This document shows positions 1 to 8,572 of a stretch of 27,875 bases of DNA, piece by piece. Numbering within the stretch: position 1 is the first letter of the stretch; every line of letters begins with the position of its first letter. This DNA comes from an uncultured Erysipelotrichaceae bacterium (lineage in GTDB: Bacteria; Bacillota_I; Bacilli_A; Erysipelotrichales; Erysipelotrichaceae): assembly GCA_964457525.1 (NCBI GenBank), contig CAYWGS010000010.1:1-27875 (forward strand), given 5' to 3'. The notes beneath the pieces are model-generated. The model saw only the letters and a list, made by a program, of their open reading frames with translations, searched no databases and had not been told where the DNA came from. The position numbers were made by a program, and so were the translations under genes.

Positions 1-1
1 T

Positions 2-337
2 TACTCTACAAGTGATTATCGCCATGGTCCAATTGTGACCGCAAACGCAAATAAATATCCTGCACTATTTTTTGTGGCGGATCCATTTACCAAGTAAGAT
101 GTTTATCAATTAATGAAAGATATGCATCAAAAAGGAGTAGAAGTTATCGTATTTACGGATGTTAAAGAGATAGCAAATAATTTCCCTTCGATATTAATTG
201 ATTCGGATGGCGATTATCTTAATGCTTTGATCATGAATCTAGTCCTATCTCAAATCTTATCCTTTAAATGTTCGATTGCTAGAGGATATAATCCAGATGC
301 TCCTATTGGAGTCACAAAGAATACTGTTACGTATTAA
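2..337 (+). pseudogene. SIS-domain sugar-phosphate isomerase-like protein (GlmS/FrlB/AgaS-type C-terminal fold). It is 5'-truncated by the window edge and interrupted by an in-frame TAA at 95..97.
   Basis: The frame starting at nt 2 reads YSTSDYRHGPIVTANANKYPALFFVADPFTK-stop-DVYQLMKDMHQKGVEVIVFTD...ARGYNPDAPIGVTKNTVTY. The xxRHGP motif and the C-terminal RGxxPDxPxxxxKxVT tail resemble GlmS-type SIS domains. The listed ORF 113..337 is in the same frame as the upstream part. Confidence 0.55.
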
Positions 338-338
338 A

Positions 339-363
339 AAAGTTGTGGAATTTCCACAACTTT
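339..363. terminator. Bidirectional rho-independent terminator between convergent genes
   Basis: Perfect 10-bp stem AAAGTTGTGG (339..348) / CCACAACTTT (354..363) with loop AATTT. It is flanked by an A-run upstream and T-rich sequence downstream. Confidence 0.7.
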
Positions 364-368
364 GTTGT

Positions 369-1109
369 TTATAAATCAACTTCGACTTTGAACTTGAAGT
401 AATCCGCTGCTGACCAAATCTCAGATACTTCAACTAAATGACCCGTAGAATTAAATGCTTTAGAGAATGTGTGATGGGCAGGTACACCTTCATTTTGTTG
501 TAGAGGAACTGAGAACTCTTTAGGCAGACTTTCGATACTGAATTCACGATAAACTTTATAGGTATCTCTATAATTCTCGAATATATAAGGGTAGAAGAAG
601 AACTTACTCAAATCGAGTTTGTCCATTTCAGGCAAATACTTAAGAGATAAATATTCGTTTAAGTATACAATCGGATGACTATTACCTGTATAAATACGTT
701 TCACAAGAATAACTTGATCATCTTCATCAAACCCAAGATTTAATTTCTGCAATACTTTTCCACTTATTATTAATTGATCAATCGGTTGAATTTCAGGTTC
801 TAAACCAATAGACTGAATACTTTGAACAATCGCCTTAAGTTCATAATTCTGAGCTGTTGGTAGTATATTCTTACGAATATAATAATCGTTCTCTAAATTC
901 TCGATTACATTTAACTTAATCAAAGATTGATACGCTTCAATTGTTTCACTCGAATTAACTTGAATAAACTCAGCTAAGGCATCGGGTCTTGGAAGAACAT
1001 AATCATCAGGGAAACTCTTAGACATAATAATTGAATAAATCGACATCTCTAATTGTTTTGCGATGGATTGATTACGTCGTTTATCTAATTGAATCAATTT
1101 CTCGATCAT
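369..1109 (-). CDS. GntR/HutC-like regulator paralog with a divergent winged-HTH (UTRA-like C-terminal half)
   Basis: 246-aa ORF. The N-terminus aligns to the GntR wHTH pattern (LPRPDALAEFIQVNSSETIEAYQSLIKLNVIE), but the usual basic residues of the recognition helix are replaced. It has a 4-nt ATGA overlap with the upstream GntR gene. Confidence 0.5.
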   Translation of the reverse strand: MIEKLIQLDKRRNQSIAKQLEMSIYSIIMSKSFPDDYVLPRPDALAEFIQVNSSETIEAYQSLIKLNVIENLENDYYIRKNILPTAQNYELKAIVQSIQSIGLEPEIQPIDQLIISGKVLQKLNLGFDEDDQVILVKRIYTGNSHPIVYLNEYLSLKYLPEMDKLDLSKFFFYPYIFENYRDTYKVYREFSIESLPKEFSVPLQQNEGVPAHHTFSKAFNSTGHLVEVSEIWSAADYFKFKVEVDL

Positions 1110-1852
1110 GATTTCACCTCGAACTCGTAGACGTGTTTATTTGTTTTACCATAAAGCACAATACTGGAATAGAGTTGAATCTGATCCTGTTCATCTTTAT
1201 AACAAATCGTATAATGAATCACAGCAGAACTTGGTTCAATCCCCAATGACTTAGCATAGATATCACGCACACGTTCACCACGATAGATAACCTCAGCTTT
1301 CTTCAACTTTAATTGAAGTACTTTATCAATGGCTAGGAAGGTATCATCACTGTGTAAGATTGTCTCAGATTGATACAGATTAACTTCATGTGGAATAAAG
1401 TACTCAACCAATGCAAAAGGCATATGATCCAGTTGTATCAGTTGGGTGATACGAAGAGCCTCTTTTCGAATAGGTTTCAGTAGTTCTGGAAACTGTACAT
1501 TATCGGATTGAATGCGCTCAATGAGTAGGTTGCGTTGACTATAATGATAGCCTTGACTCTCAATCAAGTGTTTTATACGTACAATCTCAACATCTTTAAA
1601 GGATAAAGTAGGACGTTTGGATACAAAGGTTCCTCTACGCTTGATACGTACAATTAGACCTTCATTGGCTAAAGCTTCATATGCCATTCGTACTGCAATG
1701 CGGCTTACATTATAAAATTCAGCGATTTCTTCTTCGAACGGAAGAGGTGCATTGTTTTCAAGTTCTCCACTCAGTATGGCATTACGAATGCTTTGGTGTA
1801 TTTGCTTATACAAAGGCATTCTTAATTCTTTATTGAGATAAATATAGTTCAT
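1106..1852 (-). CDS. GntR family transcriptional regulator, HutC subfamily (wHTH + UTRA effector domain)
   Basis: 248 aa. It carries the canonical GntR signature PLYKQIHQSIRNAILSGEL...LPFEEEIAEFYNVSRIAVRMAYEALANEGLIVRIKRRGTFV. Its length is typical of HutC-type regulators. Confidence 0.8.
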   Translation of the reverse strand: MNYIYLNKELRMPLYKQIHQSIRNAILSGELENNAPLPFEEEIAEFYNVSRIAVRMAYEALANEGLIVRIKRRGTFVSKRPTLSFKDVEIVRIKHLIESQGYHYSQRNLLIERIQSDNVQFPELLKPIRKEALRITQLIQLDHMPFALVEYFIPHEVNLYQSETILHSDDTFLAIDKVLQLKLKKAEVIYRGERVRDIYAKSLGIEPSSAVIHYTICYKDEQDQIQLYSSIVLYGKTNKHVYEFEVKS

Positions 1853-1915
1853 ACAAAAAGTCTATCACTAAAGGATATTATTGTATAGAGCAATTCATAT
1901 AATTAACATTATGTA

Positions 1916-3178
1916 TTAAATATGATGCATTTTACGATAATCTTCTAAAGACATCTGTACAGGATAAGCATCCACAATACGACTTAATTTATCTGGATTG
2001 TGCATAATATCCTCAATCGTAGACAATAGAACATAAGCAGGATACACAAGCGCTTCATCTGCATTTGCCATACAGAAGTTCTTGCCATGAACCAGTCCCT
2101 TACAACCTGAGAAACCAAGTTGAATGGTTGGTTTGAATAAGGATAAGTCACCCATATCACCAGCCGCAAATGATTTTTGATGATCCACAATATTATTTGA
2201 AGGAATTAATTCTTCGATATAAGGAAGGCACAAATCACTTAGTTCTCTTGATTGAATCAGTGGCATATAACCCATACGATCTTCGATCTCAACCGAAGCA
2301 AATAAAGCTTCTGAACAATGTCTTGCGATATGATTTAACTTATCGTTAAGTTCTAATAATTTTTCAGGATTAATCGAGCGAACATATCCTTCAAGAACAG
2401 TATCAGAAGGAACAGAGTTTACACTATGTCCACCATTGGTTGTGATGAGATGTAGTCGAATACGATCATCTTCTTGGAAGGTTTCTCTTAATAATGCGAA
2501 TGCATTCTGTGTGAGTATTTGAGCATTTAATGCATTAATTCCCATATGAGGCATAACTGCCGCATGAGCTGCTTGACCTTTGAAATGAAATTTCTTATAG
2601 ATAAATCCACTTAGAGATGCATTAATCTCCATCGATGGTTTATTGGTTTCTCCCATGGTATGAACAGATAAGAAACAATCCACATCCTTAAATGCATCTT
2701 GTAAGATAAGATTTTGTTTACCCGATAATAATTGTATTTTATTCTCAGCCTGTAACTGTAAACGATAATCCAAATCCACAAACTCTTCTGCAGCTATGAA
2801 GTAACAACTCAATGTTCCATGAGGTTTATCTTTGTACTCATTCCATAACTTAAAGACATGTGAAAGAATCGTCGATTGAAGATGATGACCACATGCATGT
2901 GCTGCACCATCAGGACCAGCATTCGGATGTTCTAACACAACCAATGCGTCCATTTCGGAGATCAATCCAATATGAGGCTTACCACTTCCAACTTTGATGG
3001 AAAAACCACTTACCCCAAAATCTTGATCAATGGTTATATTGTGTTGATTCAAATACTTTAAGATAAGTTCTCGAGTTTTCTTTTCTTTAAATCCTAGTTC
3101 TGGATTATTAAATAAGACAGATTCCATCGTCTCAAGAGACATCTTCTCTTGTTCAAGTTTTTGTTTCCAATGATTCAT
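1916..3178 (-). CDS. M20-family (M20D/AbgB-like) metal-dependent amidohydrolase/peptidase
   Basis: MDALVV...GAAHACGHH metal-binding motif, about 420 aa. The start was moved to ATG 3178 because AAGAGG lies 8 nt upstream; the GTG at 3199 lies inside that RBS. Confidence 0.7.
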   Translation of the reverse strand: MNHWKQKLEQEKMSLETMESVLFNNPELGFKEKKTRELILKYLNQHNITIDQDFGVSGFSIKVGSGKPHIGLISEMDALVVLEHPNAGPDGAAHACGHHLQSTILSHVFKLWNEYKDKPHGTLSCYFIAAEEFVDLDYRLQLQAENKIQLLSGKQNLILQDAFKDVDCFLSVHTMGETNKPSMEINASLSGFIYKKFHFKGQAAHAAVMPHMGINALNAQILTQNAFALLRETFQEDDRIRLHLITTNGGHSVNSVPSDTVLEGYVRSINPEKLLELNDKLNHIARHCSEALFASVEIEDRMGYMPLIQSRELSDLCLPYIEELIPSNNIVDHQKSFAAGDMGDLSLFKPTIQLGFSGCKGLVHGKNFCMANADEALVYPAYVLLSTIEDIMHNPDKLSRIVDAYPVQMSLEDYRKMHHI

Positions 3179-3207
3179 CGTGTTACCTCTTTCTTTCACT
3201 ATAACAA

Positions 3208-3230
3208 AAACATTACGAATTGTAATGTTT
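3208..3230 (-). terminator. Hairpin overlapping the amidohydrolase stop codon (partial terminator or RNA-stability element inside the operon)
   Basis: 9-bp stem AAACATTAC / GTAATGTTT with a 5-nt loop. On the minus strand it is followed by TTTTTGTTAT. The M20 RBS begins about 10 nt after it. Confidence 0.45.
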
Positions 3231-4539
3231 AAGAATTAATGGATTGGTTTATACGTTCAATACTTTGATTAAACTGAGTAGATGCTTCAATACATTCTTG
3301 TTTGAGTTGTTTAACATCGATATCAACACAGTTTTTATGTCTTACTTTTAAGACTCCATCGACCCAAACAGAATCAACATTCGATGGATTTGCACTATAA
3401 ACAAGAAGAGAATAAGGATCATGATTCGGATACATGTTTATGGAATCTGTTTCGATGAGCACGAGATCGGCTTTCTTACCAACTTCAAGTGATCCAATTA
3501 AATGATCGAGATGTAAAACAGAAGCACCACCCAAGGTAGCCATCTGTACAATTTGTTTAGCAGGGAAGAGTCTACGATCATGATTATGTACTTTATGACA
3601 TTTAGCCACACTATTCATTTGTACAAACAAGTCTAGGGTATTACCACTGGATGGACCATCTGTTCCAAGTCCAATTCGTAACTTAGCTTCAACCATTTCT
3701 TTTAAAGGTGGAATACCTTTACCTGCTTTAGTATTTGCCCCAATACAATGTGCAACAGCAACATTGTGTTTCTGTAAGATATTAATATCTTCCTGTGTAG
3801 GGTGAATGGTATGAACAGATATAAAGTTAGAATCAAGTAAATCAATCGATTCTAAATATTGAATCGGTGTCGTTTGTTGGTTTCTGAAATAAGCCATTTC
3901 ATCATCCATCTCAGCTACATGCATGGATACTAATATATTATTTTCCTTAGAGAACTTACTTATCTTTTTTAACGTATCAGACGTTAGTGTTGTGGTTCCA
4001 TGAGGGCCTAAGGCAGGAATGATTCTAGGATGATCTTTCCATTTATAGTAGAATTCCTTCGCCAACTCAAAAGCTTCAACTTCATCCTTCGCATCACACA
4101 TGGATTGATTAATCATATTCTGAGCTACAACTGCTCGAACACCCATTTCATCATAGGTTTGTGCTAAACCATCCGCATAATAATACATATCCATGAATGT
4201 TGTGATACCGGATAATAAACTCTCAATCACCCCAATCTTAGCGCTCTTAAGAGCTAATTCATGGGTCATGGATTCCTTTTCGAGTGGAAATAAGAATTTA
4301 CGTAAGCGATCATAGAGATCATCTTGTAAGGATCTAAATGGAATCATGGATAAATGAGTATGGGTATTTACAAAACCAGGAATAAGTATTCCGTTTTTAC
4401 CATCAATGCATTCATCGTAATCAACATTCTCATTTATCGCAATAATACGGTCATTCTCGAATGTTAGAGAACTATTGTAATACGTTGTTAAATCCTTATC
4501 ACAACATAAAATTGTAATATTCTCAATTCTTGTTCGCAT
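3229..4539 (-). CDS. Amidohydrolase-superfamily deaminase/chlorohydrolase-like enzyme (MtaD/TrzA/SsnA family)
   Basis: Complete metal-ligand set: NTHTHLSM (HxH), MHVAEMDDE (H..E), VHTIH, GLGTDGPSSGNTLD. The start was set to ATG 4539 (MRTRIENITIL...) with GGAG upstream. It overlaps the LacI gene end by 17 nt. Confidence 0.75.
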   Translation of the reverse strand: MRTRIENITILCCDKDLTTYYNSSLTFENDRIIAINENVDYDECIDGKNGILIPGFVNTHTHLSMIPFRSLQDDLYDRLRKFLFPLEKESMTHELALKSAKIGVIESLLSGITTFMDMYYYADGLAQTYDEMGVRAVVAQNMINQSMCDAKDEVEAFELAKEFYYKWKDHPRIIPALGPHGTTTLTSDTLKKISKFSKENNILVSMHVAEMDDEMAYFRNQQTTPIQYLESIDLLDSNFISVHTIHPTQEDINILQKHNVAVAHCIGANTKAGKGIPPLKEMVEAKLRIGLGTDGPSSGNTLDLFVQMNSVAKCHKVHNHDRRLFPAKQIVQMATLGGASVLHLDHLIGSLEVGKKADLVLIETDSINMYPNHDPYSLLVYSANPSNVDSVWVDGVLKVRHKNCVDIDVKQLKQECIEASTQFNQSIERINQSINS

Positions 4540-5545
4540 GTTTAGGTTCTCCACACGTTTCACGTATGATTAATTTTACAAATGAATTCTCAGTGTAATC
4601 ATCAATATTACGATTCTCAATCTTCTCAATCAATTCAATCGTCGCATCCCAACCTAAAGCATATCGATTTGGATTCACACTGGTTAAGCCAGGTGTTAGG
4701 TACTGGTTGGTATCAATATCATCATATCCAATAACACTGAAATCTTCAGGAACAGATTTATTTAGTTCACGTAATGCTTTTAATACACCATAAGCAATGA
4801 GGTCATTTCCACAAACAATCGCACTTGCCTTGGTCTCTTTTAATACAGGAAGAAGTTCTTCATAGCCTGCTTCTGCACTAAAACCAGATAAAAAGAATCG
4901 ATTCTTCGTATGGAATGTTAGACCTTTTTCTTTAAGTGCTTCTTGATATCCAAGAAGTCCATGATTGGAATGATTGTAAACACTAGGACCTGTCGCAAAT
5001 AGAATTTCTTTATGACCAAGATCGATTAGGTGTTGAGTTGCGACATAACTACCTTCATTATTTAAACTTAGTTTTGATTCATTGATATAATTCTTCTTAT
5101 TGCCAGTTACGAAACAATAAGGAACATTTAATTTAAGTTGATGATTCTTAATTTTACTTTCAATTTGTAGACCCGACAATACAATCCCATCAATATGACG
5201 TGACTGCAGGGAACGAATATAATTAACTTCTTTCTCTAGAATATTATCAGAATTACAGAATACTAATGAATAACCATATTTATTCGCACAATCTTCACAA
5301 CCACGAATAACATCCGTAAAAAAAGGATTACGTACATCTGGTATCATGAGCGCAATGAGTTTCATCTGTGAGTTGCGCATACTTTGAGCCAAGATGCTAG
5401 GATAGTAATTCTCTTGTTCGATAATAGCTTTTACACGTGCAATCGTGGCTTGACTTAAATCATGGTCCTTGCCATTTAATATTTTTGATACTGTAGTGAT
5501 GGATACGCCTGAAAGTTGGGCGATTTTCTTGATTGTCGTTGGCAT
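4523..5545 (-). CDS. LacI family transcriptional regulator (RbsR/PurR-like)
   Basis: The N-terminal HTH IKKIAQLSGVSITTVSKILNGK is followed by a periplasmic-binding-protein-like sugar-binding fold, 340 aa. Confidence 0.85.
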   Translation of the reverse strand: MPTTIKKIAQLSGVSITTVSKILNGKDHDLSQATIARVKAIIEQENYYPSILAQSMRNSQMKLIALMIPDVRNPFFTDVIRGCEDCANKYGYSLVFCNSDNILEKEVNYIRSLQSRHIDGIVLSGLQIESKIKNHQLKLNVPYCFVTGNKKNYINESKLSLNNEGSYVATQHLIDLGHKEILFATGPSVYNHSNHGLLGYQEALKEKGLTFHTKNRFFLSGFSAEAGYEELLPVLKETKASAIVCGNDLIAYGVLKALRELNKSVPEDFSVIGYDDIDTNQYLTPGLTSVNPNRYALGWDATIELIEKIENRNIDDYTENSFVKLIIRETCGEPKHANKN

Positions 5546-5554
5546 AGTATTTCA

Positions 5555-5568
5555 GTTAAGCGTTTTCA
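5555..5568 (-). promoter_or_regulatory. LacI-family/cre-like operator candidate in the lacI-type gene leader
   Basis: The minus strand reads TGAAAACGCTTAAC, which has a central CG and a TGnAAnCGnnTA core shared with sites at 5703 and 5781. It lies 10 nt upstream of the regulator start codon. Confidence 0.35.
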
Positions 5569-5688
5569 TATATATCACTATCTTACTGAACTCAAATTAA
5601 TTATGCAAATGATTTTAGTCAATTTCTTAAATTTATTAAATCGATTTAGTTTATCGATTTAAATATTGAAAAATTCACATTAAAACGA

Positions 5689-5718
5689 TTGACATATAAA
5701 AATGTAATCGTATACAAT
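5689..5718 (+). promoter_or_regulatory. Sigma-A type promoter of the nucleoside transport/catabolism operon
   Basis: TTGACA (5689..5694), then either TATACA at 16-nt spacing or TACAAT (5713..5718) at 18-nt spacing. Confidence 0.55.
5703..5716. promoter_or_regulatory. LacI-family operator candidate overlapping the -10 region
   Basis: TGTAATCGTATACA is a 14-bp pseudo-palindrome with central CG. It has 1 mismatch to the cre pattern TGWAANCGNTNWCA. Confidence 0.45.
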
Positions 5719-5780
5719 GAACTAAAGTGATTTAAATCTTTAAAAACTACATCCACTCAAAATAGGAATATAAAAAAAAC

Positions 5781-5794
5781 TGTAAGCGGTTACT
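5781..5794. promoter_or_regulatory. cre-like / LacI-family operator candidate in the operon leader
   Basis: TGTAAGCGGTTACT has 1 mismatch to TGWAANCGNTNWCA. The inner GTAAGCGGTTAC is 10/12 palindromic. Confidence 0.5.
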
Positions 5795-5864
5795 TAATTT
5801 CTATCAGAGTATTGTTTAAAGATTAATCTCTCGATCATTTATTCAAAACAAGGAGGAACAATAA

Positions 5865-6941
5865 ATGAAAAAATTAGCATTAGTATTACTAACGCTCATT
5901 CTTCTTGCGGCATGTGGCACAGCAGCACCTGAAGAAGAACCTGTAGAAACAAAAGTCTACAAGGTAGCATTACTTGTTGGTGAATTAGGGGACTTATCCT
6001 TTAATGATTCAGCTGCACGTGGTGTTAAACAAGCAGACGAAGAATTTGATGATGTCGAAGTTGAAATTATTGAATACGGTACAGCAGTAGATAAATACGA
6101 ATCTTCTTTATTAGACACAGCTGATAAAGGTTATGACATGATCTTTACAAGCTCAACTTTACAAGAATTCGTTGAAGCTCATGCAGCTGAATTCCCAGAC
6201 ACAGTGTTTGGTGTATTCGATACAGAAATCGATTTCTCTAAAGGAAATCTAGACAATGTTTACGGTATTATTTATAAAGCAAATGAAGCTTCTTTCTTAG
6301 GTGGTTACTTAGCTGCTAAATTATCTCAAACAGGCGTTATTTCATTCTTAGGTGGTATGGATATTCCTGTTATCTCCGACTTCTTAGTTGGTTACATCCA
6401 AGGTGCTCAATTAGCTAATCCTGATGTTAAAGTAGCAATTACTTACGCTGGTAGCTGGTCTGATTCTGCTAAGGGTAAAGAATTAGCATTAACGATGTTT
6501 AACAACCAAAAAGCAGACGTTATCTTTAACGTTGCTGGTGGTACTGGTATTGGTGGTATCGAAGCTTCTGTTGAAACTGGAAAATGGTCACTCGGTGTTG
6601 ACTCTGACCAAGCTATGATCTATGACGCAGCTGGTAAGACTGACTTTGCTAACGCAATCGTTTCTTCCGTTTTAAAGAATGTTGATTACTCATTATACCG
6701 TGCAATTAGCTTACACCGTGAAGGTAAATTAGCTGTTGGTACAAACGAAACTTTAGGTATCGTTGAAGGCGGCGTTGGTTTAGCTGACAACAAATACTTC
6801 CAAGCAAACGTTTCTGAAGAAATTCGTAATGAAATCAAAGCTTTAGAAGAAAAAGTCACTGCTGGTGAAATTGAAGTTATCAGTGCTTATGGTAAGACAA
6901 CTGAAGAAATCACTGCTATCCGTGATGCTGTTAAGCCTTAA
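5865..6941 (+). CDS. BMP-family (PnrA/TmpC/Med-like) ABC transporter substrate-binding lipoprotein, probably nucleoside-binding
   Basis: Signal peptide with lipobox LLAAC. The GELGDLSFNDSAARG motif is typical of BMP-family proteins. A strong AAGGAGG RBS precedes it. Confidence 0.85.
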   Translation: MKKLALVLLTLILLAACGTAAPEEEPVETKVYKVALLVGELGDLSFNDSAARGVKQADEEFDDVEVEIIEYGTAVDKYESSLLDTADKGYDMIFTSSTLQEFVEAHAAEFPDTVFGVFDTEIDFSKGNLDNVYGIIYKANEASFLGGYLAAKLSQTGVISFLGGMDIPVISDFLVGYIQGAQLANPDVKVAITYAGSWSDSAKGKELALTMFNNQKADVIFNVAGGTGIGGIEASVETGKWSLGVDSDQAMIYDAAGKTDFANAIVSSVLKNVDYSLYRAISLHREGKLAVGTNETLGIVEGGVGLADNKYFQANVSEEIRNEIKALEEKVTAGEIEVISAYGKTTEEITAIRDAVKP

Positions 6942-6964
6942 TATTTAAAAATCAAAAAAACTGA

Positions 6965-6995
6965 AAGTGAGCACTGATTCGTTCAGTGCTTACTT
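6965..6995 (+). terminator. Strong intercistronic hairpin after the binding-protein gene (attenuator or mRNA stabiliser)
   Basis: 13-bp stem AAGTGAGCACTGA / TCAGTGCTTACTT (one G-U pair) with loop TTCGT, followed by a moderately T-rich tail. Confidence 0.55.
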
Positions 6996-7015
6996 TACTA
7001 TTATGGAGGATTACC

Positions 7016-8572
7016 ATGTCGAATAATGTCGTCCTAGAGATGAAGAATATTACAAAAATTTATCCTAACGGTGTAATCGCTAATAAAGATGCGAATTTAT
7101 CTGTTAGAGAATCAGAAATCCATGCGTTGTTGGGGGAAAACGGTGCTGGTAAAACAACTTTAATGAAAATTCTGTTTGGAATTGAACACTACACTTCTGG
7201 TGAGATTCTATTAAATGGAAAACCAATTAAGGTAACAAGCCCTCTTGAAGCCATTGACTTAGGGATTGGGATGGTTCATCAACACTTTATGTTAGATGAG
7301 CGTTTAACCGTAACTGAAAACATTATTTTAGGCATGGAACCTAAAAAAGGTTTAAGTCTTGACTATAAAAAAGCCACTGAAATGGTTAAAGAAGTCTCTG
7401 AGAAATACAATTTCAAGGTTGATCCAAATAAACTGGTTATGGATTTATCCGTTGGGAAAAAGCAGAAAGTTGAAATCTTAAAAGCTTTAATCCGTGGTGC
7501 TAAAATCCTTATTTTGGATGAACCTACTGCGGTATTAACACCTCAAGAAACCGAAGAACTATTTGAACAACTTGAAAACTTGAAGAAACAAGGTCACTCA
7601 ATCGTCTTTATTTCACATAAACTAAATGAAGTTAAAGAAATTTGTGATCGTGCAACCGTTATGCGTTTAGGGGTTTATCAAGGAACTTACAACATTGAGG
7701 ATGTTACGGTAAAAGATTTATCTCGATTAATGATTGGTCGTGATGTCGTACGTTCTATTGAAAAGAAACCACAAAATCTTGGAGATGTTGTCCTAAAGGT
7801 TGAAAACCTAAAAGTCATTAATGATGAAGGTAAGATTGTTGTGAATGATGTTAACTTTGCGGTTCGTCAAGGTCAAATTCTTGGGATTGCTGGGGTTGAA
7901 GGAAATGGTCAAAGAGAATTGATTGACTGTATCACAGGCTTAGAAACAACCTTTGTAGGGAAAGTATCCTTACATGGTTTAGAAGATCATAAGGAGTTTA
8001 ATGTTAAGAATTTACGATTACATGGTATGAATCATATTCCAGAAGACCGTTTGGTTTATGGTGTTGCGGCTGAAGCGAGTATTATGGAAAATATCATTTC
8101 TAATCGTTATGATCAAGAAAGTTTAAACAAAGGAATTTTCCAAGATCGTAAAGCAATTACAGCCTTATCCAATGATCTAATCAAACAGTATCAAATTAAA
8201 ACAGATAGTAAAGACACCTTGGTAAGAATGTTATCGGGTGGTAATATGCAAAAAGTGGTTGCGGCTCGTGAGATGAGTAATGAAATGAAAATCTTAGTTG
8301 CGGATCAACCAACCCGTGGTATTGATGTCGGTACAGCCGCATTTATCCACGATAAGATTGTTGAATTGAGAGATAAAGGTGTTGCAGTTCTACTCGTTTC
8401 TGCAGATATCAATGAAGTTATGGATGTTTCGGATAGCTTGATTGTTATGTATGAAGGTAAGATTGCGGCTTACTTTGAAAGTATCAAAGATTTATCTCAG
8501 GAAACCTTGGGAGAATATATGCTTGGAATTAAGAAGATGTCTGATGAAGAAATTCGAGGTGCCACCGTATGA
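7016..8572 (+). CDS. ABC transporter ATP-binding protein with two fused nucleotide-binding domains (sugar/nucleoside importer type)
   Basis: Walker A GENGAGKTT, signature LSVGKKQKVEI, Walker B ILILDEPT, plus a second degenerate NBD (LSGGNMQKVV, LVADQPTRGID). The start was set at ATG 7016 behind GGAGGA. Confidence 0.9.
   Translation: MSNNVVLEMKNITKIYPNGVIANKDANLSVRESEIHALLGENGAGKTTLMKILFGIEHYTSGEILLNGKPIKVTSPLEAIDLGIGMVHQHFMLDERLTVTENIILGMEPKKGLSLDYKKATEMVKEVSEKYNFKVDPNKLVMDLSVGKKQKVEILKALIRGAKILILDEPTAVLTPQETEELFEQLENLKKQGHSIVFISHKLNEVKEICDRATVMRLGVYQGTYNIEDVTVKDLSRLMIGRDVVRSIEKKPQNLGDVVLKVENLKVINDEGKIVVNDVNFAVRQGQILGIAGVEGNGQRELIDCITGLETTFVGKVSLHGLEDHKEFNVKNLRLHGMNHIPEDRLVYGVAAEASIMENIISNRYDQESLNKGIFQDRKAITALSNDLIKQYQIKTDSKDTLVRMLSGGNMQKVVAAREMSNEMKILVADQPTRGIDVGTAAFIHDKIVELRDKGVAVLLVSADINEVMDVSDSLIVMYEGKIAAYFESIKDLSQETLGEYMLGIKKMSDEEIRGATV

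Noticed and set aside
5603-5662. 19-codon ORF (MQMILVNFLNLLNRFSLSI) in the divergent intergenic region
   Set aside because: It has no RBS and its AT-rich codons are expected by chance. It overlaps the palindromic repeats, which are better explained as protein-binding DNA.
5719-5864. Possible purine/nucleoside riboswitch in the roughly 145-nt leader of the nucleoside operon
   Set aside because: I could not find the conserved purine, 2'-dG, PRPP or ZTP riboswitch cores, or a convincing terminator/antiterminator pair. The leader mainly contains the cre-like site and AT-rich palindromes.
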